A DNA stretch of 62,747 nt, the filler included, from Candidatus Babelota bacterium (lineage in GTDB: Bacteria; JAGOBX01), in the NCBI GenBank assembly GCA_017999075.1. It is 11 parts of 11 records of this genome, joined end to end, with 100 filler letters (N's around TTAATTAATTAA, not from the genome) between each part and the next. Parts side by side here need not be neighbours in the genome. Positions count along the whole stretch, not along the records: positions 1 to 20,294 come from JAGOBX010000010.1; 10 more parts are not named here. The stretch is one strand, 5' to 3'. Position 1 is the stretch's first letter. Each line of letters begins with the position of its first letter. Position numbers and translations under genes: made by a program. This document shows positions 1 through 12,600 of this stretch, piece by piece. The notes under the pieces are model-generated. The model was not told where the DNA came from, made no database searches, and saw only the letters and a program-made list of their open reading frames with translations.

Positions 1-1
1 T

Positions 2-2563
2 ATACGGATATATGAACAGGTGTTTCCTGTCTCCTGAATACGGAAATTCGTTAGTCAGCGTTGTATCTGAAACCGTGTAATACGAATATTTGTATGACAC
101 TGCTGTGCCGGGTTGAAGACTGAATGTACGGCTGTAGGTTCTGCTTGTTCCTTCACGCGTCAGTTCATACATTTTCCAGTCTGTATCAGAACTCAGGTTC
201 GCGCTGCTTATATACACTGTATCAAGATTCGGTATTCCGCTCATATCTATTTTGAATGTTACAGCCTGCGGAGACACTGCCATTCCGGCAACTCTATTAC
301 TCCAATTTCCTTCTCTAACCTGAACTAAACTTGTATTTTCACATGCTAATCTGTAATAATAAATTTTCCCTGTAATCAAATTACTATCCATAAAATTTTT
401 TGAACTTAACGGCAATGAAGTTATCAAGCTATATCCGGAATCAATATTAATCGTATCAGCAGATCTATATATTTTTATTTGATTATGAATATAAGTATCC
501 TGCGGCAATGTCCACGATAATAAAACTATTGTTTCAGTTATACAGGAAGATGAAACATTTTCAGGCGGATCAGGTAACCCGCTCCAGACATCATAAAAAG
601 TATCACTATCATTAGGCAACAATATTTTTCTATTTGAATTTGATATATAAGAAGGAATTATTCTATTATCTCCAGATTCATAAACACCATTCAACAAAAA
701 TTTATAATTTTGATTTGCAGATGAAGAATATTCAATTATCCAAGTATCAGTTCCGGCAATTTTCTTTAATAACGGTTTATCGGTTTCTTCTCCCCAACCG
801 CACATATCTCCAGTTAATTGAACTTTATACAAATTAGGAGAGTTATTATAATATTCAAATACATATCTATAACTTTGTTCCCAATTTGAAGTACCAATAT
901 TGTATTTATATTCTACTTCATTATTTGGTTGTAACGTACAAATATACTGATATTTTCCGTTTGAAATTTTAGTCATCGGATAACTGAAATTCGACCAACC
1001 AGTTACATTAGATAACCAGTAAACAGTATCAGAAGAAACAATATTTAAATCAAGGTTAAATCTAAACTGGACAGGCAATTTCGGCATTGCAGCAATAAAA
1101 TTCGCATATTGAGAAATATTTCCTGCATAATCAATTGAATAAATCCTGTAATAATAAGTATCAGAAGGTATCAAATTTTTATGAATAAAACTATCAATAT
1201 TTGCATCTAAAACAGCAAGTTGAATCCATGATTCGTTTAATTCAGGAGTTTCTGTATATTCAATCAAAACAGAATCCATATCTTCTATATAGTAAGGTTT
1301 ATCCCAATTCAGTCTCAACTGACTTTTATCTGTTACTGTCGCAATAAAATTCGAAGGTGCTGATATAGGAGTATCTTCCCAATCCTGTGAAATTATATAT
1401 TCTGAGGATGCAGGAATTATTGCAGTTCTTCTACTGTCAGTATTTAAAAACCTATCTAAAAACAATAAAGAATTTCCATTTTGAGCGGTTAAATTATTAG
1501 GATCATTGACCCATTGATTTGAATTTAACACAAATTTATATTCATATTGTTTATTAGTTAAATTCGCACAACCCCGCCAGTAACCGTCGTTATTTTTTGT
1601 AAGGGTCACAAGTTCACCCCAACTGTTCCCTACAGCCATTCCCTCAACTTTTACAGTTCTTAAATTAAAAGTATCAGGATAAACAAATACATAATTAAAA
1701 TTATTTGAATATTCATATGTATCCTGTCCTGAATAAGAATAATAATATTTATATTGAACTGTTAATCCTGCATTTATTTGAATTGTGCAGCTCCAATAAT
1801 CAGAAACAGTTTCTTTAATCATATTTTTGGTTTGCCAAATTCCTGTATCATAACCAAGAAAAACTGATGAAACATTAATATTCCCAATTTTAACTCTGAA
1901 CACCACATTAACTTGAGGTTTAGGAATCGCAGTTATAGAATCAGATTTCAAACTTTCAAGTGAATTCAAGCCATAAGCATCGTATGCGGTAACAGCAAAA
2001 AAATAAGTTGAATCATTATTAAGTCCATAAATATTATAACGCATAGAACCGGTAATTCCGGTTTGATTTATTTTGGTCCATGATGTAAATAAAGGACCGG
2101 TGCAAATATATACATTAAATCCGCCTCCATTAACTACATCAAGCCAAGATGAAGAGGATGCAGGAGTGTCCCATGTTAAAATTACCTGATTATTATCTGA
2201 ATATGCGCGTAAATTCACTGGAGCGGCAGGAGTATCAGACCAATTATGAATTATAACAGTATCAGAATTTGGAACAGCTAATGAACGATTATTTATTTCT
2301 TCATCTACTCCAAAAACTTTAAACTTATATTCAAATCTTGTTCCAGGTGTTAAATTAAGTTCAATATATTTATATCCTTGAGTATCTGTATATATTATAT
2401 CCGTATCTGACCAGGCTCCGCCCGGAGAGAAAAAATCTCCTTTCAAATTTTTAGATACATTTGACCATGTATCAGCAACATCTGCAAATGATATACCTGT
2501 ATAAATCAGAGATAAAATTATTTTGAATATTATCAAACAAAATAATTTTCGTTTTAAAATCAT
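2..2563 (-). CDS. Secreted multi-module protein of repeated CBM20-like / CBM48-like / fibronectin-III domains; 3'-truncated by window edge (>=854 aa)
   Basis: Not in the ORF track because it has no stop in the window. Manual translation from ATG at 2563 is open to position 2: MILKRKLFCLIIFKIILSLIYTGISFA|DVADTWSNV... (signal peptide). Contains FN3 motifs (PAAPVNLRAYS...VILTWD...YFFAVTAYD; YYYRIYSIDYAGN), CBM20-like motifs (VNVVFRV...VQYKY...RR...IP...DW) and an AMPK/CBM48-like motif (YEYKFVLNSNQWVNDPNN). Confidence 0.85.
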   Translation of the reverse strand, partial: MILKRKLFCLIIFKIILSLIYTGISFADVADTWSNVSKNLKGDFFSPGGAWSDTDIIYTDTQGYKYIELNLTPGTRFEYKFKVFGVDEEINNRSLAVPNSDTVIIHNWSDTPAAPVNLRAYSDNNQVILTWDTPASSSSWLDVVNGGGFNVYICTGPLFTSWTKINQTGITGSMRYNIYGLNNDSTYFFAVTAYDAYGLNSLESLKSDSITAIPKPQVNVVFRVKIGNINVSSVFLGYDTGIWQTKNMIKETVSDYWSCTIQINAGLTVQYKYYYSYSGQDTYEYSNNFNYVFVYPDTFNLRTVKVEGMAVGNSWGELVTLTKNNDGYWRGCANLTNKQYEYKFVLNSNQWVNDPNNLTAQNGNSLLFLDRFLNTDSRRTAIIPASSEYIISQDWEDTPISAPSNFIATVTDKSQLRLNWDKPYYIEDMDSVLIEYTETPELNESWIQLAVLDANIDSFIHKNLIPSDTYYYRIYSIDYAGNISQYANFIAAMPKLPVQFRFNLDLNIVSSDTVYWLSNVTGWSNFSYPMTKISNGKYQYICTLQPNNEVEYKYNIGTSNWEQSYRYVFEYYNNSPNLYKVQLTGDMCGWGEETDKPLLKKIAGTDTWIIEYSSSANQNYKFLLNGVYESGDNRIIPSYISNSNRKILLPNDSDTFYDVWSGLPDPPENVSSSCITETIVLLSWTLPQDTYIHNQIKIYRSADTINIDSGYSLITSLPLSSKNFMDSNLITGKIYYYRLACENTSLVQVREGNWSNRVAGMAVSPQAVTFKIDMSGIPNLDTVYISSANLSSDTDWKMYELTREGTSRTYSRTFSLQPGTAVSYKYSYYTVSDTTLTNEFPYSGDRKHLFIYPY

Positions 2564-2590
2564 AAAAAAATCTCTCAGAATAATTTTAAA

Positions 2591-3622
2591 TTATAACCTA
2601 ATTCTCACTACTTTCCCCGGATAGCGAAGTATTCCCATTTTATTTTTTTCATCTGCCGGAGTTAAATATACTACATTACTATTTTTTTCGACATAATCGT
2701 AATCAAATCCGTCAACTTTCAAAATAACTTTTACCGGAGGATTCATTATAGCCGAATCAGATTCTGACCAATCACTTATTCCCTGACTAAATACCGATGT
2801 AGTATCATAGGCATCATAACAAACTATTACATACCAATACCACCAATCAGGATTAAGTCCGCTATCAAGATATGTGTATTCATTACCGGCAACTGTTGCT
2901 AAAACAGTATATTGACTAGTATCATTATTTATATATCTCAATATTTTATATGAACCTCCAGCAATGACATCAGCCGCTTTTTTTTCTTCCTGACCCGAAC
3001 CCCAATATCCGTAAGGAACTCCCCAATTTAATCTTACAGCAGTAGTATTTACTGCTGTAGCTGTAAGTTGAGAAACAACTCCTGGTTTATCTGAAAAATT
3101 ATTAAATACATAAAAAGTTTCACCTTCATTCAACCAGGTCGGTACAGAAATAACTCTTCTTGCATTATCGCTACGTTCTCCAACTCCCGCGAAATAGCAA
3201 GGATTCGGAGTAACAGTATCCCAATTTGTTTTAGGAATTGAAGGGTCTGTTCCGCAATTTATAAACCCTCCATTTGGAACACAATCCCAATATGTTTTAT
3301 ATGCCTGTAATCCTGCAGGAGGATTTGCTTCAGTTTTTGCAAAAAACATATAATTATAGACTGCTCCTGGAGTCAAATCAAGTTTTATCTGATATGACCC
3401 ATCTCCAACAGGACTCATTTCCATTGCTCCATTTGTAACAATTGCATTATCAATTGTTTCCCATGATTCTTTATTAGTTCCCACATTTAATGCAATATAT
3501 TTTTTTACAGAACCCCATGTATCTGATACTGAATTTGAAAAAGCCGGTTTTACCCCTATTGATAAAACAATTATAATAATTAAACAAATCATAGTTTGTT
3601 TTAACATATTATAAACCCTCAT
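2591..3622 (-). CDS. Secreted CBM20-like + fibronectin-III protein (start may be ATG at 3607)
   Basis: Signal peptide (LIIIIVLSIGVKPAFS), CBM20-like strands (MSPVGDGSYQIKLDLTPGAVYNYMF...ARRVISVP), FN3 (PGVVSQLTATAVNTTAVRLNW...YTYLDSGL...YWYVIVCYD). Confidence 0.8.
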   Translation of the reverse strand: MRVYNMLKQTMICLIIIIVLSIGVKPAFSNSVSDTWGSVKKYIALNVGTNKESWETIDNAIVTNGAMEMSPVGDGSYQIKLDLTPGAVYNYMFFAKTEANPPAGLQAYKTYWDCVPNGGFINCGTDPSIPKTNWDTVTPNPCYFAGVGERSDNARRVISVPTWLNEGETFYVFNNFSDKPGVVSQLTATAVNTTAVRLNWGVPYGYWGSGQEEKKAADVIAGGSYKILRYINNDTSQYTVLATVAGNEYTYLDSGLNPDWWYWYVIVCYDAYDTTSVFSQGISDWSESDSAIMNPPVKVILKVDGFDYDYVEKNSNVVYLTPADEKNKMGILRYPGKVVRIRL

Positions 3623-3696
3623 CCAACGAAATTTTAAACAAATAATTTTATTTTTACAAAAAAAATATTTTTGTCATTTATATTTATTAAATAAAC

Positions 3697-6600
3697 TTAA
3701 TTTTTAAATATTACAGGAACTGTATTTCTTGGAGTTACTTCTTTGACATCAGAATTAACTCCTTCAAGCTTCAAATCACCTGAATCTACAGGCCTTACAA
3801 AATAAAAGTATTTAGTTCCATTATTCAAATTTTCAATTTTATAAAATGCAGTTGTTATTACCGTACTATTAACTTTTGAATCGCTGCCATCAGCATTTTG
3901 CAAATACACATTATATCCTAATAAATCCTGATCCGAAGTGTTTTTATTCCAATATAAATATGCCGATTTATTACCCGGCAATACTGTAAATCCTTCAACT
4001 TTCTGAGGTTGTTCCTGCCAATCATCATTATATATTTTTTCTAAAACATCAGGAACCGTTAATTCTCTGTTTTTTGATACAGTAATAAAATCTCGTTCAG
4101 ACAAAGATCTGGTGTTATAACCATATTTATATAAAATTTGTTCTCCTACAACTAAATCAGTAATAAATTTATAAGTTGTCGAAGTATCAAATGTCATTTG
4201 AACTCCAGGATTCCAACCTATAAACGGTATATTTGAAATATATTGAACATTAACCGGATTAATCGTTCCTATATCCATTTTGAATGTCAATCTTGCAAGT
4301 TTTACAGTTATAGAATCAGACCCTTCACTTTCATTTAACACATCGTCCAAAGCTGTTATTCTATAATAATACCTTATTCCTGGAACTGCCGTAACATCTT
4401 CATATACAGGAAAAAACGAAGGTGTAATCAAAACACTGTTTATCTTTTTATTTTGAGATAAAATAAAATTCGGAACAGTATCGCGATAAACGTTATATCC
4501 GGCGAAATCTCCTTCACTGTTATAGTCCCACGACAACAATACCTTTCCCAAACCATTTCCCTGGGCTCTTATATTTTTGGGTTTCAAAGGAGCAATATTA
4601 TCAGTTGATTCTGTAGGAATTACTGAAACTGATAAAGAATAATCGCTAATATTATCTGATTTATCAACAGCTTTTAATTTATAATAATAAGTCAATCCGT
4701 TTGAAACATTATTATCAATATAATTTATTATATTTTTATTTGCATTTGTAACCCAGTAATAATTTGTTCCATCAACACTTTTCCAAATTTCATAGTGATC
4801 AACATCAGCTTCTTTATTTAAACTCCAGCCGAGTTTTACGCTATTATTTTTACCTACTGCGCTTAAATTAATTGGAGCTTGAGGAGCAACATCACCAGAT
4901 ACCATCCATTTTTTTACAACTTTCTGAGTCCAATCAGGCGAATCAATTATTTTCAATTCTCTTGCATTTTCGAATGTGAAAGTCCTAAAACTATATTCAT
5001 CAAACCATTTTCCGCCATCATATTTACAGATAAACAAGTAATTTATAGTCATAGTAGGATCAAACTCTGAAGTAATTTCATAAATCCCGTTTCCAACATA
5101 AGTTAATTCACTCAATGGATCTATATCCGGCATTTTATAACTTTCATTAAAATCATTACGTCCGAGTTCAAAAGTATTGGATTTTATATAAACATTTTCA
5201 ATATTTGCCAAGCCTGATGAACTCATATCCACTTGAAAAGTAACTTTCACTTTATGTGGAACAACTGTAACCATATTGGAAGGTTCGCTTATATTATCAT
5301 TAATATCTCTTGCACGCACCCAGTAATAGTATGTGTCTCCTGAATTCAACCCGTCATCAAGATTACTGTCCATATAAGTAGGGTTCAATGTCTCAAAAAC
5401 AAAATCAGTTTTATTCGGAGGAACAGAAGTTGTCGATCTGTAAATATAATAAGATTCAAAATCAGATTCCGTATTCGCACTCCAATACAATTCTGCTCCT
5501 TTACCTCTTGCCAACCCCCTTAATCCTACAGGTGGCGAAGGCGGAATTCCATCGTCTCGTTCAAGAATTATATCTCCTGAAGCAGTTAGCCACGGATAGA
5601 ACTTCCATGCAACATTATAAATTTTATACCCCTGTTTAAAAACCTTTACATTATATTCGTGGAATCCTTCCCACCCCTCAATAAATATCCTATCTATCGA
5701 GCATGCTCCTGTAGAGCCGCTTGATCTTGTCCAACAGCTTTTATTTCCTACAGATACTATCGCATTATCTATAGCATTCCCATTTTGATCTTTAATGTTT
5801 ACAGACAGAGTTGCTAAAGAAAATCCGTCTTTCACTAAAAAACGCGCATAATTTGAAGGTACCAGAACATCAAAATTTCCGGTTCCAGGAGTATATTCAT
5901 TCAAACTAAACCAGTCTCTGTAATATGTTCCTGAATGAGGTACACTATGAACCCATTTATCTCCATCAGAATTATTTATTATACAAATAACTTCTCTACC
6001 ATCTCCTGTTCTTGTATAAATAAGCGCGCCATCATTATCATAAAGAGCCCGAGAACTATAATCATAATGCATCCACCACATTATTTCACGCGCCATCATA
6101 GCCATTTTAACCGAGCCGTCTATTGCTCCGGTAGCACCAGGGTTATTTTTATATTTATACCAGTCATATTCCCACCATGGAAACTGTCTCGTAACTCCCA
6201 TTTCACCTGTGCTTCCAGTAGATGCGAATCCCGGATAAGTAACTTCTTTTCCGCCTGACATTACGCGTTCATCACCATAAAAAATCACAGGAGGCCCAAC
6301 ATGAGCTGCAAGCAACATCATCAATGTCTGCATATTGCCAGGCGCATAATCTGATTTATAATAAGCTCCTGTCCAATCTCCGCCTATATCGTGGTAAGTT
6401 CTGCTATGGTCATGATTATTATAAAAACCTGTCATCAAGGCTCTGCCGTAAGTTGAAGCAAGTCCTTCCAAAGTACTTTTGTAATTTGTTGAACTCGTAT
6501 TTCCTCCTGCCCATGATTTTGTAGGATATGCAAAAGGAAAATCTAACATTCCATGCAATCGAGTTCCGTCAGCGCAAAAAGCTGCGCATTCTCCTGCATC

Positions 6601-9600
6601 TCCAGGAACTTCTCCGAATGTGTATAAATCCGGAGCGAATTTATCACAATAATTTCTTGTATATACAAAAAACGGCAATCCCTGAACCAATGGATCAGGA
6701 TAAAATTTCGGATTGTCAACTCTGAAAAAATCTGTTCCTAATCCCCATAAATGGTGTGCATGATCAACATAAAACTGCCGAACATTAGCAAGATACTGTA
6801 AAATACGCCTGCCTCCGAACCTGTCGCCAAAATACATTTTAGGATTCTTTTGAATAGTGCCGCCTGAAGTTTCATTTCCATAAATTTGTCCAGGTACCCA
6901 GTCAATTCCTACTCTTATATTTCTTCTTCTTGCTTCTTTTATTAAGCGTACATAATCATCCCAGCCTTTAAATTTATTCCAGTTTTCACGTACAAAACTC
7001 CCTTGAACCTTATACAAATCATGCTGGTTATATCCCCAAGCTCCTCCGCCGAAATCGAATATAGGGCTCATATATAATCCGGTTATAGCATGTTCATTAA
7101 AATATTCCAGCTTTTGAATCAACCCGTCAAAATCTCCGCCTGACATACTGCTGTCCATAGGTTTATTGTTTCCATATCCATCCCAGAACCTATCCACAAA
7201 AACATTATAAAAAATATAACTTCTCGCGGAAAACGGCGGATATCCAGAACCTGACGGAGGTCTTGAAGTATAAACTGTTGTTTCTCCTGAAATAGATGAA
7301 ACAAAATTTTCCGAATCAAATCTCACATTTAAATAATATTCAACAACCTGATTTCCCACTTCCCACCAGCATAACGGCTGATTATCTACACTGTCAACAG
7401 CATTAGGTGTTCCTGCATTCCATTGACCTACCGCATCATTATTTCCCCAAAACAATACCGGAGTAAACTTAGCTGATGCTGAAGTTATTGAATTTATTCC
7501 TCCTATATATTCAAGGGGAACGGAAAATTCTATAGATTTATCAGAAACATTTTTTTTCAAAACTCCAAGTCCGATTTGAGAATATTCAGTGTTCAAAACT
7601 TTCACATACCCGTTATCAGTATTAGTAACAGCTGAAATTAAATAATTCCATGCAGCAGCCTGGGAAGTCATAACATCCTCTGAGCTTACATTTCTCCCAA
7701 TAAAATATCTATTTGATGAATTATCATTAATTGAAACTGGAATCTGCAAATATTTTTGATGATCATCACTCCATCCCGTAAGTTTTAATTTAAAATACAT
7801 ATTATATTTATCAGCAGCTATATGTAATTCCTGCATATCAAGATATTCATATTGAGGAGATTTATCAGTTCTCTGATCGCTTGTACTATCGGACCAAACA
7901 GCTTCATAATAAGTATCTCCGATGTAATAGGATTTATTTTTACCCCAAACACCGGAAGTATCAGATGACCAATCATTCATGTTTCCGTCAATTTGTTTCA
8001 AAGTTAAATAAATACCATCCGAAGGAACGCTCCAATTACTCCAATTTTGAGGAGTATCTGTATCTCCAGCTTTTATTCGTGCAAAATAAGATTTTCCACG
8101 AGTCAACTTATAGTAATCCGAACTTTTTATAGTATAATAAGTCGTGCATCCGTAGTCATTTCCATAAATAGTATCAGCAATAATTATATTTGAGAGATTA
8201 AAATTTTCCGAATTAGAAATTTCAATAACATAATTTTTTATTTTCCATCCGCCAGAATGATAGGCAGGCGCCCATGAAAAATTAATATTTTTTTCTACAA
8301 CCTGTTCTCCTTGAGACCTGCTATAATGATCTATATTATTTATATCCAGAGGTTTGCCAACTGTTATAGACGGAACTCCAGCGGTTTGGAAATGAATTAT
8401 TAAAGAATCAGATAATGTGCCACGGCAATCGCGACTCCGTAACCTATAATAATAATGCGTTAATGAATTCAAACTTTCAGGTAAAATATATGTTAAACTG
8501 TCTGATTTTAAATTCACGCTGTATAAAACAGAATTCATATTAAAATATGTATCTGTAGAAAGTTCAAATAAATATGATGTTACTGTATCTCCTGGGTCGA
8601 TATCTGTTCCTGAATTCCATTTAAATTCTATAGCATTAAAAATTTGAACAATAGAATCCTGCTGCGGTGATAATGCTGCTGGAATAGAAGGCTGAGTATT
8701 ATTTAAAAATCCTGATGAATTATAAGGAAGTTTAACCCAGAAATCTGCAGTTCCATCTTCCAAATCTTCCTGATAAGAAGAATAATTATTATATTTGTCA
8801 TTATTATTATTTCCCAATCCTGCAATTGAAATATTATCTATTGCATCAATCCCAACCAAATCCACAGTAGAATTAATTTCAGAAGCGAGTCCAAGTTGAT
8901 TTTTAAATAATGCAACTGAAATTATTATATTCCCGCTGCCTGTAAATCCAAGTTCTGTTCTGTCTGCTGAAAATTCTATAATATTTGAAACAGTATCTAT
9001 TGATAATTCCAATGTATTCAAAATTCCACAATTTATTCCATCAGTCCATTCAACAACCGGAGAATCATATTCATAATTATGAATTATTAATTGTTTTTCC
9101 CAATATGGTTTATAATTTACATATTTGTTGCCTATATAAGTTCTACCATCATCTCCTATAACGCTGTTTCCATTTCCAGAAATTAAATCAGTATCAAAAC
9201 ATATTGATACATTGGGATAATTATTGTTGGTAATATCTCTTAACGACATTCTGAAATAAAACTTTATTGAATCAATTTTTAATCTCAATTCATTTATATC
9301 AAAATTTGAAGACTGGGATATTATCGTTCTTTCATCATTTGTTTTATCAAGCCAAATCCATTCGGAATCAGATAAAACCGCTGAATTTATTAAAACAGGA
9401 GGGTCTATTTTCCATCTGTCTGTTATTTTAATAGCAGAACTGATTATAGAATTAGAATATCCAGAATTACTGTCCATTACTGACAATTTACAATACCACA
9501 CATCGTTTTCATTAGTCGAATCGGAACTAATAACTGATTGATACGGTGGTATTAAATCAGTTTCAGTTAAAATTAAACTATTATTTTTATACCATTCAAA

Positions 9601-12600
9601 AATATATGTGAGCAAATCACTATCAATATCTTCAGAACCATAGCCTGCAGCAATGATATTATCAGAATTTTTAGGTAATTCCGGAGAAATTGAAATTACC
9701 GGATTCGATGGGAGAGAATTTATTATTGAAAATTTAAACGCATTTGTTTTTGCTGTATTTAAAGAAGTTGTAGAATAACTTAAAGTATCAGTTCCATAAA
9801 TATAATTTTTAATTGAACTTTCAATTTCAAAATAATAATTCACATTACATAACCTGTTAAAATAAGGTATAACTGCCTGATAGTATTTTTCATTCCCGGA
9901 TGTGTAAGATAAAACCATTGTCAGCGAATTTTGTGAATTCCAGTTATCTGCTGAATATATAAGTTTTACAGGAGTCCCTGAACCTATATTTATTGTTTTC
10001 AAAATCAATGTTATATTATTATTACTGTAAATTACCGAAGGCTGACGCATTAGCCCTTGACCGCTGACAGGTTCTTGAGAAGGAATATGGGTAACTGTAG
10101 TCATCGTATGTTCTTGAACTCTATAAAATTTTGCTTTCGTCGCATCTATCACGCTGAGAGTTCCAGCCCAATCACTCACAGGATAACCTGCTGTTCCATC
10201 ATAATAATACGGACCAATATCATTAATCCCATAATTTTTTTCCTGATGTCTGCCGTAATAAATAACTCCAACTTTATCTCCTACATTTATTCCAAGCGAT
10301 GTCAGAGGTATTTTGATTTCTCCCCAGTTTCCGTTTACTGAAACTTTATAATCAATTCCATTAACCAAACCTGTTCCTGCGCTCCAATTAGTTCCATTTT
10401 TACCATATAAATAAAAACCGCCAAAATCATTATTGGCGTATGAAATCCATCCTGTTATCCAGTAATCAGGCGAATAATGAATTACTCTTGTTGTACGTTT
10501 TCCTTCCGAATTATCAGATCCCCAAGGATCATGCGATATTCCGTCAGGATAAGTATCAGTAAATAATATAAAACCGTAATTTGCAGATTTTTCCGAACCA
10601 TCAACATCTTTATCATAATGATCCCCTACAGCTTCCCATCCAATATATAAATTGTTCACATCATTCGTAATATACACATCTCGACAAAGTCCTTCAGTTA
10701 ATACCTTTCCATCGTCTGCAGTCAGACTTCCAGGAAGTTTTCCTGCATTTGTTCCATCAATTAAAGGACTATCTCCCCAACCCGGATCTTTTGTAGCATC
10801 TATGGTAGGTGTAAAAGGCAAAGCTATAGTATCAACAGACAATGCTATATTTTCAGTATTTTTGGTATAAATTTTATTATTCCATTCTAATATTGAATTA
10901 ACATCATTGTATTCAAAATATGAAGTCAAATTAATAGAGGTTATACCTCCTGCATCAGAATAAGTTATATTATTCGAATTAGGACTAACTCCCCACAGCC
11001 AGTTGGTTGTTCCATTTACAGCTGTAAATAAAATCCTCATTCTTGACGGATTCCCCAAATCTGTTCTCGGCAATCTGATTTCTACTCCGCCTCCAGAAAC
11101 ATACCTTGCTCCTGAACCCGTAAAATTAGATGTTACCCATGAACCGCTCTCCCACCGCTTCAAATTTACTGCATTAGCACTTGAATTAGTATTATAAATT
11201 AAAACATAATCAGAATTAAAAGGCAGGTTATGCTGAATTCCGTTTATACTGGCAGCAAGATTAATTCCGTTATTAGTAGTATAATAATCAGTATCAATAA
11301 AAATATATACGCTGTCATTGTCAAATACTGTTCCTTTATTCATTCCAAAATAAATGTAATTAGCATCCCATAAAATCCTAAAATCATCAGGTTTTATTAA
11401 TCCGTATGCAGGTAAAACAGAATTTGCAGGCCATTCTCCCCATACAAATTTACCGTCTAAATTTATTGATGCAACAAATTGACGAACATAAAATATTCCG
11501 CTGTCAGACCATTCGCTGGATGAATCAAAAGAATCCCATACTTTTATTCTCCAGCAATAAGTTTCATCGTCCTGCAATATAAAAGGAGTGGAATATTGAT
11601 ATGCATTCATTATTATTGTTGTTTCAAATATAACTGAAGACATAGCTATATTTGTATCAATTTGTATCATTATTTGTTTTTGTCTGTCCCCAGCGTCAGG
11701 GTCTGAAAATGTCCATTGCAATGTATAATTATTATAATCAATTGTTTGATTAGATACAGGCGATATTAAAGCTGGTTTGTTAGGTTTTGAATTACTGAAC
11801 ACCGAATCTTCAAGAACCGGAGTGTCTCCCTGTCTCATATATATATTGAAATATGTTGTATTATAAGAATCTTTTATTACAGCTATTGTATATGTGTCTT
11901 CAAAAAAATATGAAAATTTAACATAACCGTTAACATCGGTCATCATATAAAATGTATCACAACTCGGAGATTTAATTTGAACATAAGCTTCAGAAAAACC
12001 TAAATCTCCGCGTTTTATTCTGAATGAGGCATCACTTATAATTTTGTTATGACCTTTGTGAATTAGTATCATTGCCTGATGCGGCTGTAATGTTAAATTT
12101 AATATTCCTGCTGAAACAGTATAACTTGAAGTATCAACATACGAAGCATCATTTGTCAAAAACACATTTTGAAAAATATCTCCATTAGCAGCAAAACTGC
12201 CCACAGGGATATTTATTGTTTTTTGTTCAGATGCATTGTTATTCCATACGTATAAAACATTCGTTTCACCAGCATTACCTTTTCTGACAAATGCCATAGG
12301 TTCAGAATATTCGCCGTTATACAAATATTCTATTGATCCGGTTCTTAAAGATTTATAATATCTTCTCAGAAATCCCATCAATTTATACATTTTATTTATA
12401 TTTCCGCCGATTGATTCAGTATAATAATTGTTTAAAAAATTTTCATAAGACGCGCGCTGACCTCCATCGTCATAATTCGGCCGGCCTGACGCTGTTCCAT
12501 ACATTCCTATTTCATCGCCGTTATAAACCATTGGAATTTGAGTCCAGGCCCAGCCGAATGTCATAGCTCCGCGGAATGCGCCTACAGCATCTGAATTTAT

